Below the pieces are notes generated by a model. The model was not told where the DNA came from, ran no database searches, and saw only the letters and a program-made list of their open reading frames with translations. This document shows, in pieces, positions 54,716-64,000 of a stretch of DNA of 64,000 bases. The position numbers were made by a program, and so were the translations under genes. The DNA comes from Zoogloea sp. (GTDB lineage: Bacteria; Pseudomonadota; Gammaproteobacteria; Burkholderiales; Rhodocyclaceae), in assembly GCA_023150095.1 (NCBI GenBank), contig JAKLLO010000017.1, positions 463 to 64,462 of the forward strand, in the 5' to 3' direction. The number at the start of each line of letters is the position of its first letter. Within the stretch, counting starts at the first letter, position 1.

Positions 54716-55874
54716 CGACGCTGCCGGCCCGGAAGCCCGCCTCGCAGTAGCCAAGGTACATCCGCCACAGGCGGCGGAAGGTGTCGTCAAAGCCCAGCCG
54801 CTCGATGCGCGGCCAGTTGGCGTCGAAGTTGGCGCGCCACTGGGCGAGGGTCACCGCGTAGTCGTGGCCGAAGGCGAACTCGTCCTTCACCGCCAGCCCG
54901 GCCTTGGCCGCCGCGGCGCGAAAGGCCTTGCGCGACGGCAGCATGCCGCCGGGGAAGATGTATTGCTGGATGAAATCGGTGCCCTTGCGATAGCGGGGGA
55001 ACAGGTCGTCGTGGATGGTGATGCTCTGCACGACGGCCTTGCCGCCGGGGCTGAGGCTGCGGGCGATGGTGCGGAAGTAGCTGGGCCACCAGCGTTCGCC
55101 CACGGCCTCGAACATCTCGATGGAGACGATGTGGTCGAAGCGCTCCTTCACGTCCCGGTAATCCTGCAGGCGGATGTCGGCCTCGGGCACGCGGGAGCGG
55201 CTCCAGGCCTGCTGGGCCGGCGACAGGGTGAGGCCGGTGACCTGGGCGCCGCGGCGGGTGGCGAGCTCGGCAAAGCCGCCCCAGCCGCAGCCGATCTCGA
55301 GGATGCGCTGGCCGGGCTGGGGGTCGAGGCGGCGCAGGATGCGGCGGTACTTGGCCTCCTGGGCGGATTCGAAGGTGGGCTCCAGCGCCTCGCGGTACAG
55401 GGCCGACGAGTAGCTCATGCTGGGGTCGAGCCACAGGCTGTAGAAGTCGTTGCCCAGATCGTAGTGGGCCATGATGTTGCGCTTGCTGCCGGCCCGGCTG
55501 TTGCGGTTGAGCCAGTGGCGCAGGCGCGCCGACAGCAGCTCGCGCCACGAGCCGTAGAGCGCCTTCTTCAGCACGTCCCGGTTGGCGGCGAGCAGGGTGA
55601 GCAGGCCGGGCAGATCCGGCGAATCCCACAGGCCGTCGATGTAGGCTTCGGCGAGGCCGATGTCGCCCCGGGCGAGGATCTGGCTGAACACCGCCTTGTC
55701 GTGCACCTGCAGGGTGACGCCCCGGTCGCCGTGGCCGAAGAGCACGCAGGAACCGTCGGGCAGGCGCACCTCGAGCGGGCCGCCTTCGAGCTTGTCGAGC
55801 AGGTCGAAGACGGTGCGGGTGTCGCGGGAGGATGCGTCGCGGGCAACGCCGCGCAGGATCATCGTGTTGTTCAT
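54684..55874 (-). CDS. Cfa/UfaM-like SAM-dependent fatty-acyl methyltransferase
   Basis: NIMAHYDLGNDFY, LEIGCGWG, SIEMFEAVG, YIFPGGMLPS. Confidence 0.92.
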   Translation of the reverse strand: MNNTMILRGVARDASSRDTRTVFDLLDKLEGGPLEVRLPDGSCVLFGHGDRGVTLQVHDKAVFSQILARGDIGLAEAYIDGLWDSPDLPGLLTLLAANRDVLKKALYGSWRELLSARLRHWLNRNSRAGSKRNIMAHYDLGNDFYSLWLDPSMSYSSALYREALEPTFESAQEAKYRRILRRLDPQPGQRILEIGCGWGGFAELATRRGAQVTGLTLSPAQQAWSRSRVPEADIRLQDYRDVKERFDHIVSIEMFEAVGERWWPSYFRTIARSLSPGGKAVVQSITIHDDLFPRYRKGTDFIQQYIFPGGMLPSRKAFRAAAAKAGLAVKDEFAFGHDYAVTLAQWRANFDANWPRIERLGFDDTFRRLWRMYLGYCEAGFRAGSVDVVQFELAHR

Positions 55875-56638
55875 TTTGTCGATTCCTGTAGGGCTGGTTT
55901 GGCAGGGCGGGCGCCAAGAAAAGGCACGCCCTTCCACCACAGGCGCAGGGCCTGCCAGTGGATGCGGGCGATCACGCCGAGGGTGAGGAAGGGCATCCGC
56001 GCGAGGGCGGCGGCGAGCGCGCGGGTGGACCACGCCCGCGGACGGCCGCTGATGGCGGTGGCGAGGAGCTCGCCCTCGGCGTCGTCGTAGTCGATGTGCA
56101 CGGCCTGCACGCTGCGGCCGAGCTGGAAGCGGAAGCGGTAGCCGCCCTCCACCCGGTTGAAGGGCGAGACGTGGAAGACCTTGTCGGCGCCAAACTCGTC
56201 GGCATCGCAGATGGGCGCGCCGTCCGGGTGGTGGAGCAGGTAGGCGTGGCAGCCGCCGAAGGTGTTGTTCACCTCGGCCAGCACCGCCACCAGCTGCCCG
56301 GCGCGGTCGTGGCAGAACCAGAAGCTCACCGGGTTGAACACGTAGCCAAGCGCGCGGGGGAAGGTCTGCAGGACGATCTCGCCATCCGCCGGCAGGCCGC
56401 GGGCGCGCAGCAGGGCTTCGATCCACGGCAGCAGCGGGCTGCCGTCGCGGGGGCCGTGGTCGGCGTTGCGAAAGCCGAGGAGGTTCGCGCGCTCGATGCC
56501 GAAGATCGCCCGGCGGGCGGATTCGAGCCGGCGCAGTGGCAGCCGCACGAAGAACACCGGATACACGAAGGCGTGCAGCGCCGGGCGCAGCCGGCGGTGC
56601 ATCACGTGCCCCAGGAAGATTTCCGGTGCGGCGTTCAT
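55871..56638 (-). CDS. DUF1365 protein (UfaO-like)
   Basis: HRRLRP..HAFVY, GYVFNPVSFW, EVNNTFG, KVFHVSPF, IHWQALRLW. Confidence 0.9.
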   Translation of the reverse strand: MNAAPEIFLGHVMHRRLRPALHAFVYPVFFVRLPLRRLESARRAIFGIERANLLGFRNADHGPRDGSPLLPWIEALLRARGLPADGEIVLQTFPRALGYVFNPVSFWFCHDRAGQLVAVLAEVNNTFGGCHAYLLHHPDGAPICDADEFGADKVFHVSPFNRVEGGYRFRFQLGRSVQAVHIDYDDAEGELLATAISGRPRAWSTRALAAALARMPFLTLGVIARIHWQALRLWWKGVPFLGARPAKPALQESTK

Positions 56639-56643
56639 GGGGT

Positions 56644-57966
56644 TCAGGCCAGTTCGGCCTGGCGAGCGTCCGCCGGGGCCTCGCCCTGCCACGGGGCCAG
56701 CACGCCGAGCCGGTTGGCCACCGCGAGGGCCGAGCGCAGGCCGTCCTCGTGGAAGCCGAAGCTGCCCCAGGCGCCAGCCAGCCACACGCCACCCTCGCCC
56801 TGCACCGCCGGCAGGCGCTGCTGGGCCGCGATGGCCGGGCCGTCGAAGATCGGGTGGGCGTAGTCGAACTCGGCGATCACGCTGGCCGGGTCGGGCTCCC
56901 GCGCGGGGTTGAGGGTAACCACCACCGGCGTGCGGAAGGGCAGCGGCTGGAGGCGGTTGATGAGGTAGGACACGCCCACCGGCTGGTGGCCGGGCTCGCC
57001 CTTGCCGGCAAAGTAGTTCCAGGCCGACCACAGGCGCGGGTCGCGGGGCAGCAGCGCCTTGTCGGTGTGCAGCACCGCGCGGTTGGGCTGGTAGCGGATC
57101 GCCGACAGCACCTTGCGCTGGGCCGGGCTGGCGGCATCGCCGAGGATGGCCAGGGCCTGGTCGCTGTGGCAGGCCATCACCACCTGGTCGAAGTGCTCGG
57201 TGCCGTGGCGGTGGGTGACATCCAGGCCGGCGCCGCTGCGGCGCACCGCCGACACCGGGCAGGCGAGGCGCACGTCGTCGAGCTGGGCGGCGATGCGGCG
57301 CACGTATTCGCGCCCGCCGCCCTTCACGGTGCGCCACATGGGCCGGTCGAACACCTGCAGCAGGCCGTGGTTGTGGCAGAAGCGGATGAAGGTGGCGAGC
57401 GGCATGTCGAGCATCTGGCCGGTGGGGCACGACCAGATGGCGGCGGCCATGGGTAGCAGATACCAATCGGCGAAGGCGCGGGAGTAGCGCCCTTCGCTGA
57501 GGAAATCCCGCAGCCGGCGGTCGTTGCCCGGGTTGGCGTCGAGCCAGGTGGTGCATTCGCGGTTGAAGCGGAGGATGTCGGAGAGCATCGCCCAGAAGCG
57601 CCGGCGCACCAGGTTGCGCTTCTGGCCGAAGATCGTCGCCAGGTTGCTGCCGGCCCATTCGAGGTTGGGCGACTCGAGGCTGACCGCGAAGCTCATCTCG
57701 GTCTCGACGCTCTCGACGCCCAGCAGCGCGAACATCGCGATGAGGTTGGGGTAGGTCTTCTCGTTGAACACCAGGAAGCCGGTGTCCACCGGGTGGGTGC
57801 GCCCTTCCAGCGTCACATCCACGGTGTTGGTGTGGCCGCCCAGGTAGTCGCCGGCCTCGAAGAGGGTCACCGCATGATCGCGGCCCAGCAGCCAGGCGGT
57901 GGCGAGGCCGGAGATACCGGCGCCCACCACGGCGATGCGCTGCCTCGTGTGCGTCGGGCGGGTCAT
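56644..57966 (-). CDS. FAD-dependent oxidoreductase COG2907 (UfaD-like desaturase)
   Basis: [40 protein letters not shown]. Confidence 0.88.
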   Translation of the reverse strand: MTRPTHTRQRIAVVGAGISGLATAWLLGRDHAVTLFEAGDYLGGHTNTVDVTLEGRTHPVDTGFLVFNEKTYPNLIAMFALLGVESVETEMSFAVSLESPNLEWAGSNLATIFGQKRNLVRRRFWAMLSDILRFNRECTTWLDANPGNDRRLRDFLSEGRYSRAFADWYLLPMAAAIWSCPTGQMLDMPLATFIRFCHNHGLLQVFDRPMWRTVKGGGREYVRRIAAQLDDVRLACPVSAVRRSGAGLDVTHRHGTEHFDQVVMACHSDQALAILGDAASPAQRKVLSAIRYQPNRAVLHTDKALLPRDPRLWSAWNYFAGKGEPGHQPVGVSYLINRLQPLPFRTPVVVTLNPAREPDPASVIAEFDYAHPIFDGPAIAAQQRLPAVQGEGGVWLAGAWGSFGFHEDGLRSALAVANRLGVLAPWQGEAPADARQAELA

Positions 57967-58763
57967 GGATTGCATCCGTACAGCTCGGCGTAGGCGGAGT
58001 GGTTGTGGATGGACTCGAAGTTTTCGGAGGCCACCTTCCATTCGGCGATGCGCGGCTCGGCGGCCATGCGCAAGGCGATGTCGCGCACCAGATCCTCGAC
58101 GAACTTGGGGTTGTCGTAGGCGCGCTCGGTGACCCACTTCTCGTCCGGCCGCTTGAGCAGGCCGAAGACCTCGCAGGACGCTTCATCCTCGGCGATGCGC
58201 ACCAGCTCCTCGATGTCCATCGGCGCGCGCAGGCGGGCCTCCAGGGTGATGTGGGAGCGCTGGTTGTGGGCGCCGTAGGCCGAGATCTTCTTGGAGCACG
58301 GGCACAGGCTGGTGACCGGCGCGACGACCCGCAGGGTGATCCGGGGCGCCTCGTTCGCAAGCCGCTCGGCGATCAGGGTCACGTCGTAGTCGAGCAGGCT
58401 CTCCACGCCGGACACCGGCGCGGCCTTGCGGATGAAGTACGGGAAGGCCATCTCGATGCGTCCGCTGGCGGCATCCAGGCGCAGCAGCATCTCGTCGGCC
58501 ATCGCCAGCAGGCCGGCGTGGTCGAGGGCGCCGTCACGGGCTTCGAGCAGCTCGACGAAGCGCGACATGTGGGTGCCCTTTACCTCGGGCGGCAGGCCGA
58601 CGCTCATGGTCACGGTGGCCACGCTGCTCACCGTCTCACCGCCGGCAGCCCGCCAGGCGAGGGGGTAGCGCAGGCCCTTCACGCCCACCTGGTGGATCGC
58701 CAGCCGGCGATGATCGACAGTGGACTGCACGTCGGGCAGGAAGAGGTTCTCGGGGGCATTCAT
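57963..58763 (-). CDS. folE2: GTP cyclohydrolase IB (FolE2)
   Basis: [40 protein letters not shown]. Confidence 0.95.
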   Translation of the reverse strand: MNAPENLFLPDVQSTVDHRRLAIHQVGVKGLRYPLAWRAAGGETVSSVATVTMSVGLPPEVKGTHMSRFVELLEARDGALDHAGLLAMADEMLLRLDAASGRIEMAFPYFIRKAAPVSGVESLLDYDVTLIAERLANEAPRITLRVVAPVTSLCPCSKKISAYGAHNQRSHITLEARLRAPMDIEELVRIAEDEASCEVFGLLKRPDEKWVTERAYDNPKFVEDLVRDIALRMAAEPRIAEWKVASENFESIHNHSAYAELYGCNP

Positions 58764-58787
58764 CGGTGTCGGCTCCTGGCGGGGGAT

Positions 58788-59345
58788 TTATCTGAGAAAT
58801 TGGTCAATCTTGTTGACCAGATCCTTGTCGTCCGGCTTGGTGAAACTGGTGAAGGCGACCACCTGGGTCGCGTCCCGGTTGATGAGGTATTTGTGGAAGT
58901 TCCACTTGGGGCGGCTGCCGGTGATCTCGGCGAGCTTCAGGTAGAAGGGATTGGCGCCCTTGCCGCTGACCACCGTCTTGCTGGCCATCGGAAACTTCAC
59001 CCCGTAGGTCAGCCGGCAAAAGTCGGCGATCTCCTTGTCGGAGCCCGGCTCCTGCTCGCCAAAGTCGTTGGACGGAAAGCCGACCACCACCAGCCCCTTG
59101 TCCTTCAGCCGGGCGTAGAGCTTCTCGAGCCCGTCGTACTGTCTGGTGAAGCCGCAGTAGCTGGCGGTGTTCACCACCAGGATCACCTTGCCGGCGTACT
59201 GGCACAGAGGCATCGGCTTGCCGTCCTGAAGGGTGGTGAAGTTGTGCTCGAGGAGCGGCGGGCAGGCGGCCTGCGCCAGCCCCGGCGCCATGCCGGCCAG
59301 CGCCAGAACAAACAGGCCGGCCACAGTGCAGGATCGGATTTTCAT
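58788..59345 (-). CDS. Glutathione peroxidase family protein, exported
   Basis: Signal peptide; VNTASYCGFT, GFPSNDFGEQEP, KWNFHKYLI. Confidence 0.92.
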   Translation of the reverse strand: MKIRSCTVAGLFVLALAGMAPGLAQAACPPLLEHNFTTLQDGKPMPLCQYAGKVILVVNTASYCGFTRQYDGLEKLYARLKDKGLVVVGFPSNDFGEQEPGSDKEIADFCRLTYGVKFPMASKTVVSGKGANPFYLKLAEITGSRPKWNFHKYLINRDATQVVAFTSFTKPDDKDLVNKIDQFLR

Positions 59346-59363
59346 GTTCAGCCTCACTCTTTG

Positions 59364-59452
59364 TTTGTCCTGGACAAAATGCAGCTTTGTTCGTAAGATA
59401 GGTTCCAGATAGTGATTTGTCAACGGTTTGTCTAGCGTTTGTTCAGGACAAC
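59364..59452. promoter_or_regulatory. Divergent promoters with palindrome and 11-bp direct-repeat operator
   Basis: Minus TTGACA(59423-18)-N17-TATCTT; plus TGGACA(59371-76)-N17-TAAGAT; TTTGT repeats at 59416/59427/59438; palindrome at 59364-59379. Confidence 0.78.
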
Positions 59453-59453
59453 T

Positions 59454-60368
59454 ATGAACACCCTCAGTTTCAATATCGCGGCCGTGGAGCGCGACACCGG
59501 GCTTTCCAAGGACGTTCTGCGGATGTGGGAGAGGCGTTACGGCTTTCCCGTGCCCGAGCGGGATGTCAACGGCGAGCGGGTCTACCCGGCAGATCAGGTG
59601 GAGCGCCTGCGCCTCATCAAACGCCTGATGGATCAAGGGCATCGCCCCGGAAAACTGATCGGCGCGCCGGCCGAGGAGCTCGCCAGCCTCAGCCCGCGCC
59701 GCCCCCGCGCTGCCGAGACGGCCCCCCCTGCCGACGCCGCCGAGCTGGCCGAACTGCTCGCCCTCATCAAGCGACACGACGCCGTCGGCTATCAGCAGGC
59801 GATGCAGCAGCGCCTCGCACGCCAGGGCTTGCAGCGCTTTGTCCAGGACACCATCGCCCCGCTGACCGAGAAGGTGGGCGAAGCCTGGGAGAACGGCAGC
59901 TTCGAGGTCTTCGAGGAACACCTGTTCACCGAGCTCACCAAGCGCCTGCTGCGCCAGGTGATCGCCACCCTGCCGTCGGCCGGACGCGGGCCGCGGGTGC
60001 TGCTCACCAGCGTTCCCGAAGAGCCCCACGTGCTGGGCCTGCTGATGGCCGAATCCATGCTCGCCCTCGAAGGCGCCGACTGCGTGCCCCTGGGCACCCA
60101 GATGCCGCTGCTCGAGATCTGCCGCGCCGCCGAGGCGCACCGGGCCGACATCGTGGCCCTGTCGTTCTCGGTGGCCTTCCCCCACCGCCAGATTCCCGGC
60201 CTGCTCCAGCAGCTGCGCCTGATGCTGCCGGCCGCCACCGCGCTGTGGGCCGGCGGTCGAGGCGTGCTTCGCGTCCCCCGGCAGGAAGGGGTGCAGATGA
60301 TCGGCTCGCTCGACGAATCCCTCGCCGCCCTGGCCGCCTGGCGCGCAGCCCACACCCCGACACCATGA
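59454..60368 (+). CDS. CarH/LitR-type MerR-family repressor with B12-binding domain (putative photoreceptor)
   Basis: LRMWERRYG HTH; W-x9-EH (WENGSFEVFEEH), E-x-H-x2-G (EPHVLG), ALSFS, WAGG. Confidence 0.9.
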   Translation: MNTLSFNIAAVERDTGLSKDVLRMWERRYGFPVPERDVNGERVYPADQVERLRLIKRLMDQGHRPGKLIGAPAEELASLSPRRPRAAETAPPADAAELAELLALIKRHDAVGYQQAMQQRLARQGLQRFVQDTIAPLTEKVGEAWENGSFEVFEEHLFTELTKRLLRQVIATLPSAGRGPRVLLTSVPEEPHVLGLLMAESMLALEGADCVPLGTQMPLLEICRAAEAHRADIVALSFSVAFPHRQIPGLLQQLRLMLPAATALWAGGRGVLRVPRQEGVQMIGSLDESLAALAAWRAAHTPTP

Positions 60369-60922
60369 AAAGACGTCATCTCCTCGCCGCGGCCCTGTGT
60401 CTGCTCGCCCCGCTGGCGGCCAGCGCTGGCGACGCGCCCGCCCCGCTCGCGACCATCGAGTCCCTTGATGTGCCCCGCTACATGGGCCGCTGGTACGAGA
60501 TCGCCCGCTATCCCAACCGTTTCCAGCGCCAGTGCGTCGGCGACTCGTCGGCCGACTATCAGCTGCAGCCCGACAACACGGTGCGGGTGACCAACCGCTG
60601 CCGGCTGGCCGATGGCAGCCTGAACGAGGCGATCGGCCAGGCCCGGCAGCTGGGCGGCCCCACGTCGCCCCGGCTGGAGGTGCGTTTCGCACCGGCGTGG
60701 CTGTCCTTCATCCCCGCCGTGTGGGGCGACTACTGGGTGGTGGAGATCGATGCCGATTACCGCTGGGTGGTGGTCAGCGAGCCGTCCCGGCGCTTCCTGT
60801 GGGTGCTCGCGCGCACGCCAACGCTCGACGCGCGCACGGAGGGCGACATCCGCACCCGGCTGGTGGCCCGGGGCTTTGATCCCGAGAAACTGGTGAGCGG
60901 CCGACAGGACGACGACCGCTGA
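60365..60922 (+). CDS. Lipocalin (Blc-like)
   Basis: LDVPRYMGRWYEIAR, GDYWVV..DADY, LWVLARTP. Confidence 0.92.
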   Translation: MKRRHLLAAALCLLAPLAASAGDAPAPLATIESLDVPRYMGRWYEIARYPNRFQRQCVGDSSADYQLQPDNTVRVTNRCRLADGSLNEAIGQARQLGGPTSPRLEVRFAPAWLSFIPAVWGDYWVVEIDADYRWVVVSEPSRRFLWVLARTPTLDARTEGDIRTRLVARGFDPEKLVSGRQDDDR

Positions 60923-60937
60923 TCCCCAAGGCCGCGC

Positions 60938-61252
60938 TCAGCGCGGCCGTTCTGCATCGGAGAGCGGATAGGCGTCGGCGACGTAGGCCGGGCCTTTCAT
61001 CACCATCACGATGAAGGCCCCGATCCCCACGGTGAACACCACCGTCCAGTGCAGGACGACCAGGCTCACGCAGTAGATGTCCACCATCGCCAGGCCGGGC
61101 GCCACGTCGGCAAACAGACGCCAGACGAACGAAGGCAAGCCCAGCACCAGCGTGCCGACGAAGAAAATCCGGGGGAGGAGGCGCAGCACCACTCGCTCTG
61201 CGCCTGCAGGCGTTGGCACTTGGCCGGGAAGCCGCTTGAACAGTCTGGACAT
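60938..61252 (-). CDS. Small hypothetical membrane protein
   Basis: 2-3 TM, LHWT, C-terminal MKGPAYVADAYPL; SD-like AAGGGG upstream. Confidence 0.7.
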   Translation of the reverse strand: MSRLFKRLPGQVPTPAGAERVVLRLLPRIFFVGTLVLGLPSFVWRLFADVAPGLAMVDIYCVSLVVLHWTVVFTVGIGAFIVMVMKGPAYVADAYPLSDAERPR

Positions 61253-61359
61253 GCTCGACCCCTTCAAAAGGCCACCCGGCCACGCCGCTCAGGAGGAGAA
61301 AACCGTTTTGTCTTTGACACAAAACCGGCACACACCTTGGCAAGGCTGTGCTTGTCTCG

Positions 61360-61396
61360 ATTATAGATAATCAGTCATTTTTTGTCCATGACAAAA
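61360..61396 (-). promoter_or_regulatory. Sigma-70 promoter overlapped by a third operator copy
   Basis: TGGACA(61388-83)-N17-TATAAT(61365-60); TTTTGTCCATGACAAAA at 61380-61396. Confidence 0.7.
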
Positions 61397-61579
61397 TCAG
61401 CACGCACGGCACTACCGCCCCTGCTCAACGCTGACTACCCGCGTGCCGCCCGCGAAGGCACCACGCGCCCCATCCGGCGCCGACAGCCCACACGGCTGAA
61501 AATGTGTTTCACGGAGGACACAAGGCAGCCGGGGAGGCGGAGTACACTTACGTCCGTGAGCCTTGGGTAGGGAGATGTC

Positions 61580-61876
61580 ATGATCAAGCGGGGGTACCGG
61601 ACGATGCTCGTCCTGGCGCTCGGCTGCGCAGCCGGCGGCGCGGAGGCCCGCGGCCCGTGGCGGGCCAGCGAGAGCAACACCCCGGGATGGCAGCTCATGA
61701 GCCCGGCGGAGCGCATCGACCACCAGGCCCGCGTCCGGCGCTTCCGGCACCAAGATGAGTGCCGGCGTCATCAGGAAGAACACCTGCGCCTGATCGCCCT
61801 GCGCGCTCGGGCTGCTGCCCGTGAGCCTGGCAGCGGCCCGGATTTCTGCGCCCACCTGCAGCCCGGCCCCCAGTGA
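61580..61876 (+). CDS. Small exported hypothetical protein
   Basis: Signal peptide, GWQLMSPAER, two mature-region Cys; SD GGAG. Confidence 0.65.
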   Translation: MIKRGYRTMLVLALGCAAGGAEARGPWRASESNTPGWQLMSPAERIDHQARVRRFRHQDECRRHQEEHLRLIALRARAAAREPGSGPDFCAHLQPGPQ

Positions 61877-61889
61877 ACGCCCGCCCATC

Positions 61890-63143
61890 ATGAACGCACT
61901 GCAACGGCTCTCCATGCCGCTGATCTCGGGGCTGCTGGTGGCCCTTCCGGTTTACTGGGCCTACCCGGAAAACCTCCCCATCGGTCGCCAGGTCGCGATC
62001 GTGTCCGGCTGGATCGGCGCCGGCCTGATCCTCGCCAGCCTGCTGACGATGATCCGCGCCGCGCGGCTGACCGAATGGCTGGGCGGGCTGGAGCGGATGT
62101 ACCGCTGGCACCACGGGCTGGGTACGCTGGCCTACCTGGCGCTGCTGACCCACCCGCTGGCGCTGGCCGCCGATGGCTGGGAAACGTCGCCGCAACGCGC
62201 GTGGTCGGCGCTGGACCCGCTGCAGCAGGGCTGGCCCGGCTGGCTGGGCTGGGCGGCGCTGCTGGGGCTGATGGTGGGCCTCGGGCTGTCGCTGGCGCGG
62301 CGCCTGCCCTACGGCATCTGGCGGGCGTCCCACTGGCTGCTCGGGCTGGCGGCGGCGCTCTCGGTGGCCCATCTGGTGGCCCTTGGCCATTCCGACCCGC
62401 TCTTCGCCCTTCCGCTGCTGGCCATCGCCTTTCCGGGCTGGCAGATGATCCGCGCCGGCGCCGGCGTGGCCGCCCGCCCGTATATCGTCGATCACGTCGC
62501 CCACCCGTCCGCCGATGCCGTCGAGGTGCGCCTGAAACCCCTCACCCTGCCGATCGACGCCGACCCCGGGCAGTTCGTGCTGGTCGCCTTTGGCGCCGGG
62601 CCAAACTTCAGGGGCTGCGGCGAATTCCACCCCTACCCCCTCAGCGGAGTGCGCCTGGACGGGCAGATCTCGGTGACCATCAAGGTGCTGGGCAACTGCA
62701 CCCGCCAGCTGCAAAGCCTCAACACCGGCGTGGCCGTGCGCGTCCAGGGGCCGTTCGGCGATTTCGTGTCCCGCGACAACGAACCGCCGGCGATCTGGCT
62801 GGCAGGCGGCGCCGGCATCACGCCCTTCCTGAAGAAGCTGCGCAAGGGCCGGCTGCCATCCCCCACGCGGCTGATCTACCTGTACCGCGATGAGGCCGAA
62901 GGCGCCTGCCTCGACGAACTCGAAGCGCTGGCGAGCCACGACCCCGGGCTGCACTTCGAAACCCGCGAGACCGGCCCGGCGGCGCCTAACCTCAAGGCCA
63001 TCCTGCCCGAAGCCTCCGACCTGACCGGCTGGCACTGCCATCTGTGCGCGCCCCCGGCCATGCTCCAGGCCGCCGTGGCGCTGCTGCGGGCGCGCGGGGT
63101 GCCCGACGGGCACATCCACTTCGAGCCCTTCGACTTCCAATGA
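61890..63143 (+). CDS. Ferric-reductase-like flavocytochrome (TM heme domain plus FAD/NAD domain)
   Basis: YRWHHGLG...LTHP, ASHW...AHL heme His pairs, PGQF, HPY, GPFG, GGAGITPF. Confidence 0.88.
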   Translation: MNALQRLSMPLISGLLVALPVYWAYPENLPIGRQVAIVSGWIGAGLILASLLTMIRAARLTEWLGGLERMYRWHHGLGTLAYLALLTHPLALAADGWETSPQRAWSALDPLQQGWPGWLGWAALLGLMVGLGLSLARRLPYGIWRASHWLLGLAAALSVAHLVALGHSDPLFALPLLAIAFPGWQMIRAGAGVAARPYIVDHVAHPSADAVEVRLKPLTLPIDADPGQFVLVAFGAGPNFRGCGEFHPYPLSGVRLDGQISVTIKVLGNCTRQLQSLNTGVAVRVQGPFGDFVSRDNEPPAIWLAGGAGITPFLKKLRKGRLPSPTRLIYLYRDEAEGACLDELEALASHDPGLHFETRETGPAAPNLKAILPEASDLTGWHCHLCAPPAMLQAAVALLRARGVPDGHIHFEPFDFQ

Positions 63144-63517
63144 TGCGCAAGCTGTTCTACCTGGGCACGGTCGCCTTCTGGGTGGCGGTGGCCGCCATCT
63201 GGCAGGGCGGCGAAACGCTGCCGCCCCCGGCGCCTGCGCCCGCTACGCTCGCCGCCGCCCCGGCCGAAAGGCGGATCGGGCTCGCCGAGATCGCCCGGCA
63301 CAACCGCCCCGGAGACTGCTGGACGGCCATCAACGGGCAGGTCTATGACCTGAGCGCTTACGCCGCCAAGCCCCCGTCGCGGCCAGCCATCGCCGCGGCG
63401 GCGTGCGGGCGCGCGGCCAGCCGGCCCTTCCAGACGACGGACAGGCGCCGCAGCCCGGCAAAGGATGCAGACACCCTGCTGGCGGATTTCCGCATCGGCC
63501 CCCAGGCCGAGCCCTGA
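63140..63517 (+). CDS. Cytochrome b5-like domain protein lacking both axial His
   Basis: EIARHN..GDCWTAINGQVYDLS, CG, FRIG; no HP motif and no second His. Confidence 0.7.
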   Translation: MMRKLFYLGTVAFWVAVAAIWQGGETLPPPAPAPATLAAAPAERRIGLAEIARHNRPGDCWTAINGQVYDLSAYAAKPPSRPAIAAAACGRAASRPFQTTDRRRSPAKDADTLLADFRIGPQAEP

Positions 63518-63535
63518 GCCACCCCGGCGCCGACT

Positions 63536-64000
63536 TCAGCGCCACATCGCCCGCATCCGCGCCGCCAGATCCACCGCTTTCTCCCGCGCCTGGGGGTCGG
63601 CATCCGCCGACGGCGTCACGGGCGGCCAGCTGGTGCTCTCGAAGCGATCCAGCAGCCGGTTGGGGATGAAGCGGGTGCGGCTGGCGTACACGTGGCGATC
63701 GCCGGTGGCGGCCTGCCCGCTCACGTAAAAACGCTGGGGCACGATGAGATCGAGGTGGTCCTTGGCGCGGGTCATCGCCACGTAGAGCAGGCGCATCTCC
63801 TCCTCGATCTCCCGCTCGCTGCCGGTGGCCAGATCGGACGGAATGCAGCCATCCACCGTATTGAGCACCGACACCGCCGGCCATTCGCGGCCCTTGGCGG
63901 AGTGGATGGTGGACAGGATCAGGTAATCCTCGTCGCGCAGCGGGGCGCCGGATTCGTCGCTGGTGGCGTCGGGTGGGTCGAGGGTGAGCTCGGTGAGGAA
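63536..64000 (-). CDS. UvrD/Rep-family helicase, C-terminal part (runs off window)
   Basis: LSTIHSAKGREW, EEEMRLLYVAMTRAK; frame open to the window edge. Confidence 0.9.
   Translation of the reverse strand, partial: FLTELTLDPPDATSDESGAPLRDEDYLILSTIHSAKGREWPAVSVLNTVDGCIPSDLATGSEREIEEEMRLLYVAMTRAKDHLDLIVPQRFYVSGQAATGDRHVYASRTRFIPNRLLDRFESTSWPPVTPSADADPQAREKAVDLAARMRAMWR

Overview
GC-rich betaproteobacterial chromosome; the gene set and protein style suggest Rhodocyclales such as Zoogloea, Azoarcus or Thauera (inference). The left third (1-21.9 kb) is largely core genome: actP/yjcH, cspA, regB-regA-hslR, hslVU, a dksA-COG0523-leader ORF-porin-ZnuABC-like metal-uptake operon, tol-pal, queE/queC, yeeE and two tRNA-Lys genes. 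The rest is accessory: a triple photolyase/cryptochrome operon, c-di-GMP genes, an infA paralogue, tRNA-Thr, an oxazolin/bufferin-like MNIO (DUF692) RiPP operon with its own ECF sigma/anti-sigma, two hybrid histidine kinases with an HD-GYP regulator, a gpx-folE2-furan-fatty-acid-like operon divergent from a B12-binding CarH/LitR photoreceptor, and a ferric reductase/cytochrome b5 unit. Three signals stand out. (1) A palindrome TTTTGTCC-N-GGACAAA and 11-bp TnnACA direct repeats overlap predicted promoters at 22.87, 59.37-59.45 and 61.38 kb, linking loci about 36 kb apart into one putative B12/light regulon. (2) A CxxC/RGPP leader ORF has last codons that base-pair with the Shine-Dalgarno of a metal porin gene, suggesting a metal-sensing ribosome-stalling switch. 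(3) An MNIO RiPP cluster has a D-x-[SK]-C-G precursor and an odd ATA junction. No integrase, IS element or CRISPR array was seen. All calls come from reading the sequence; no database searches were run.
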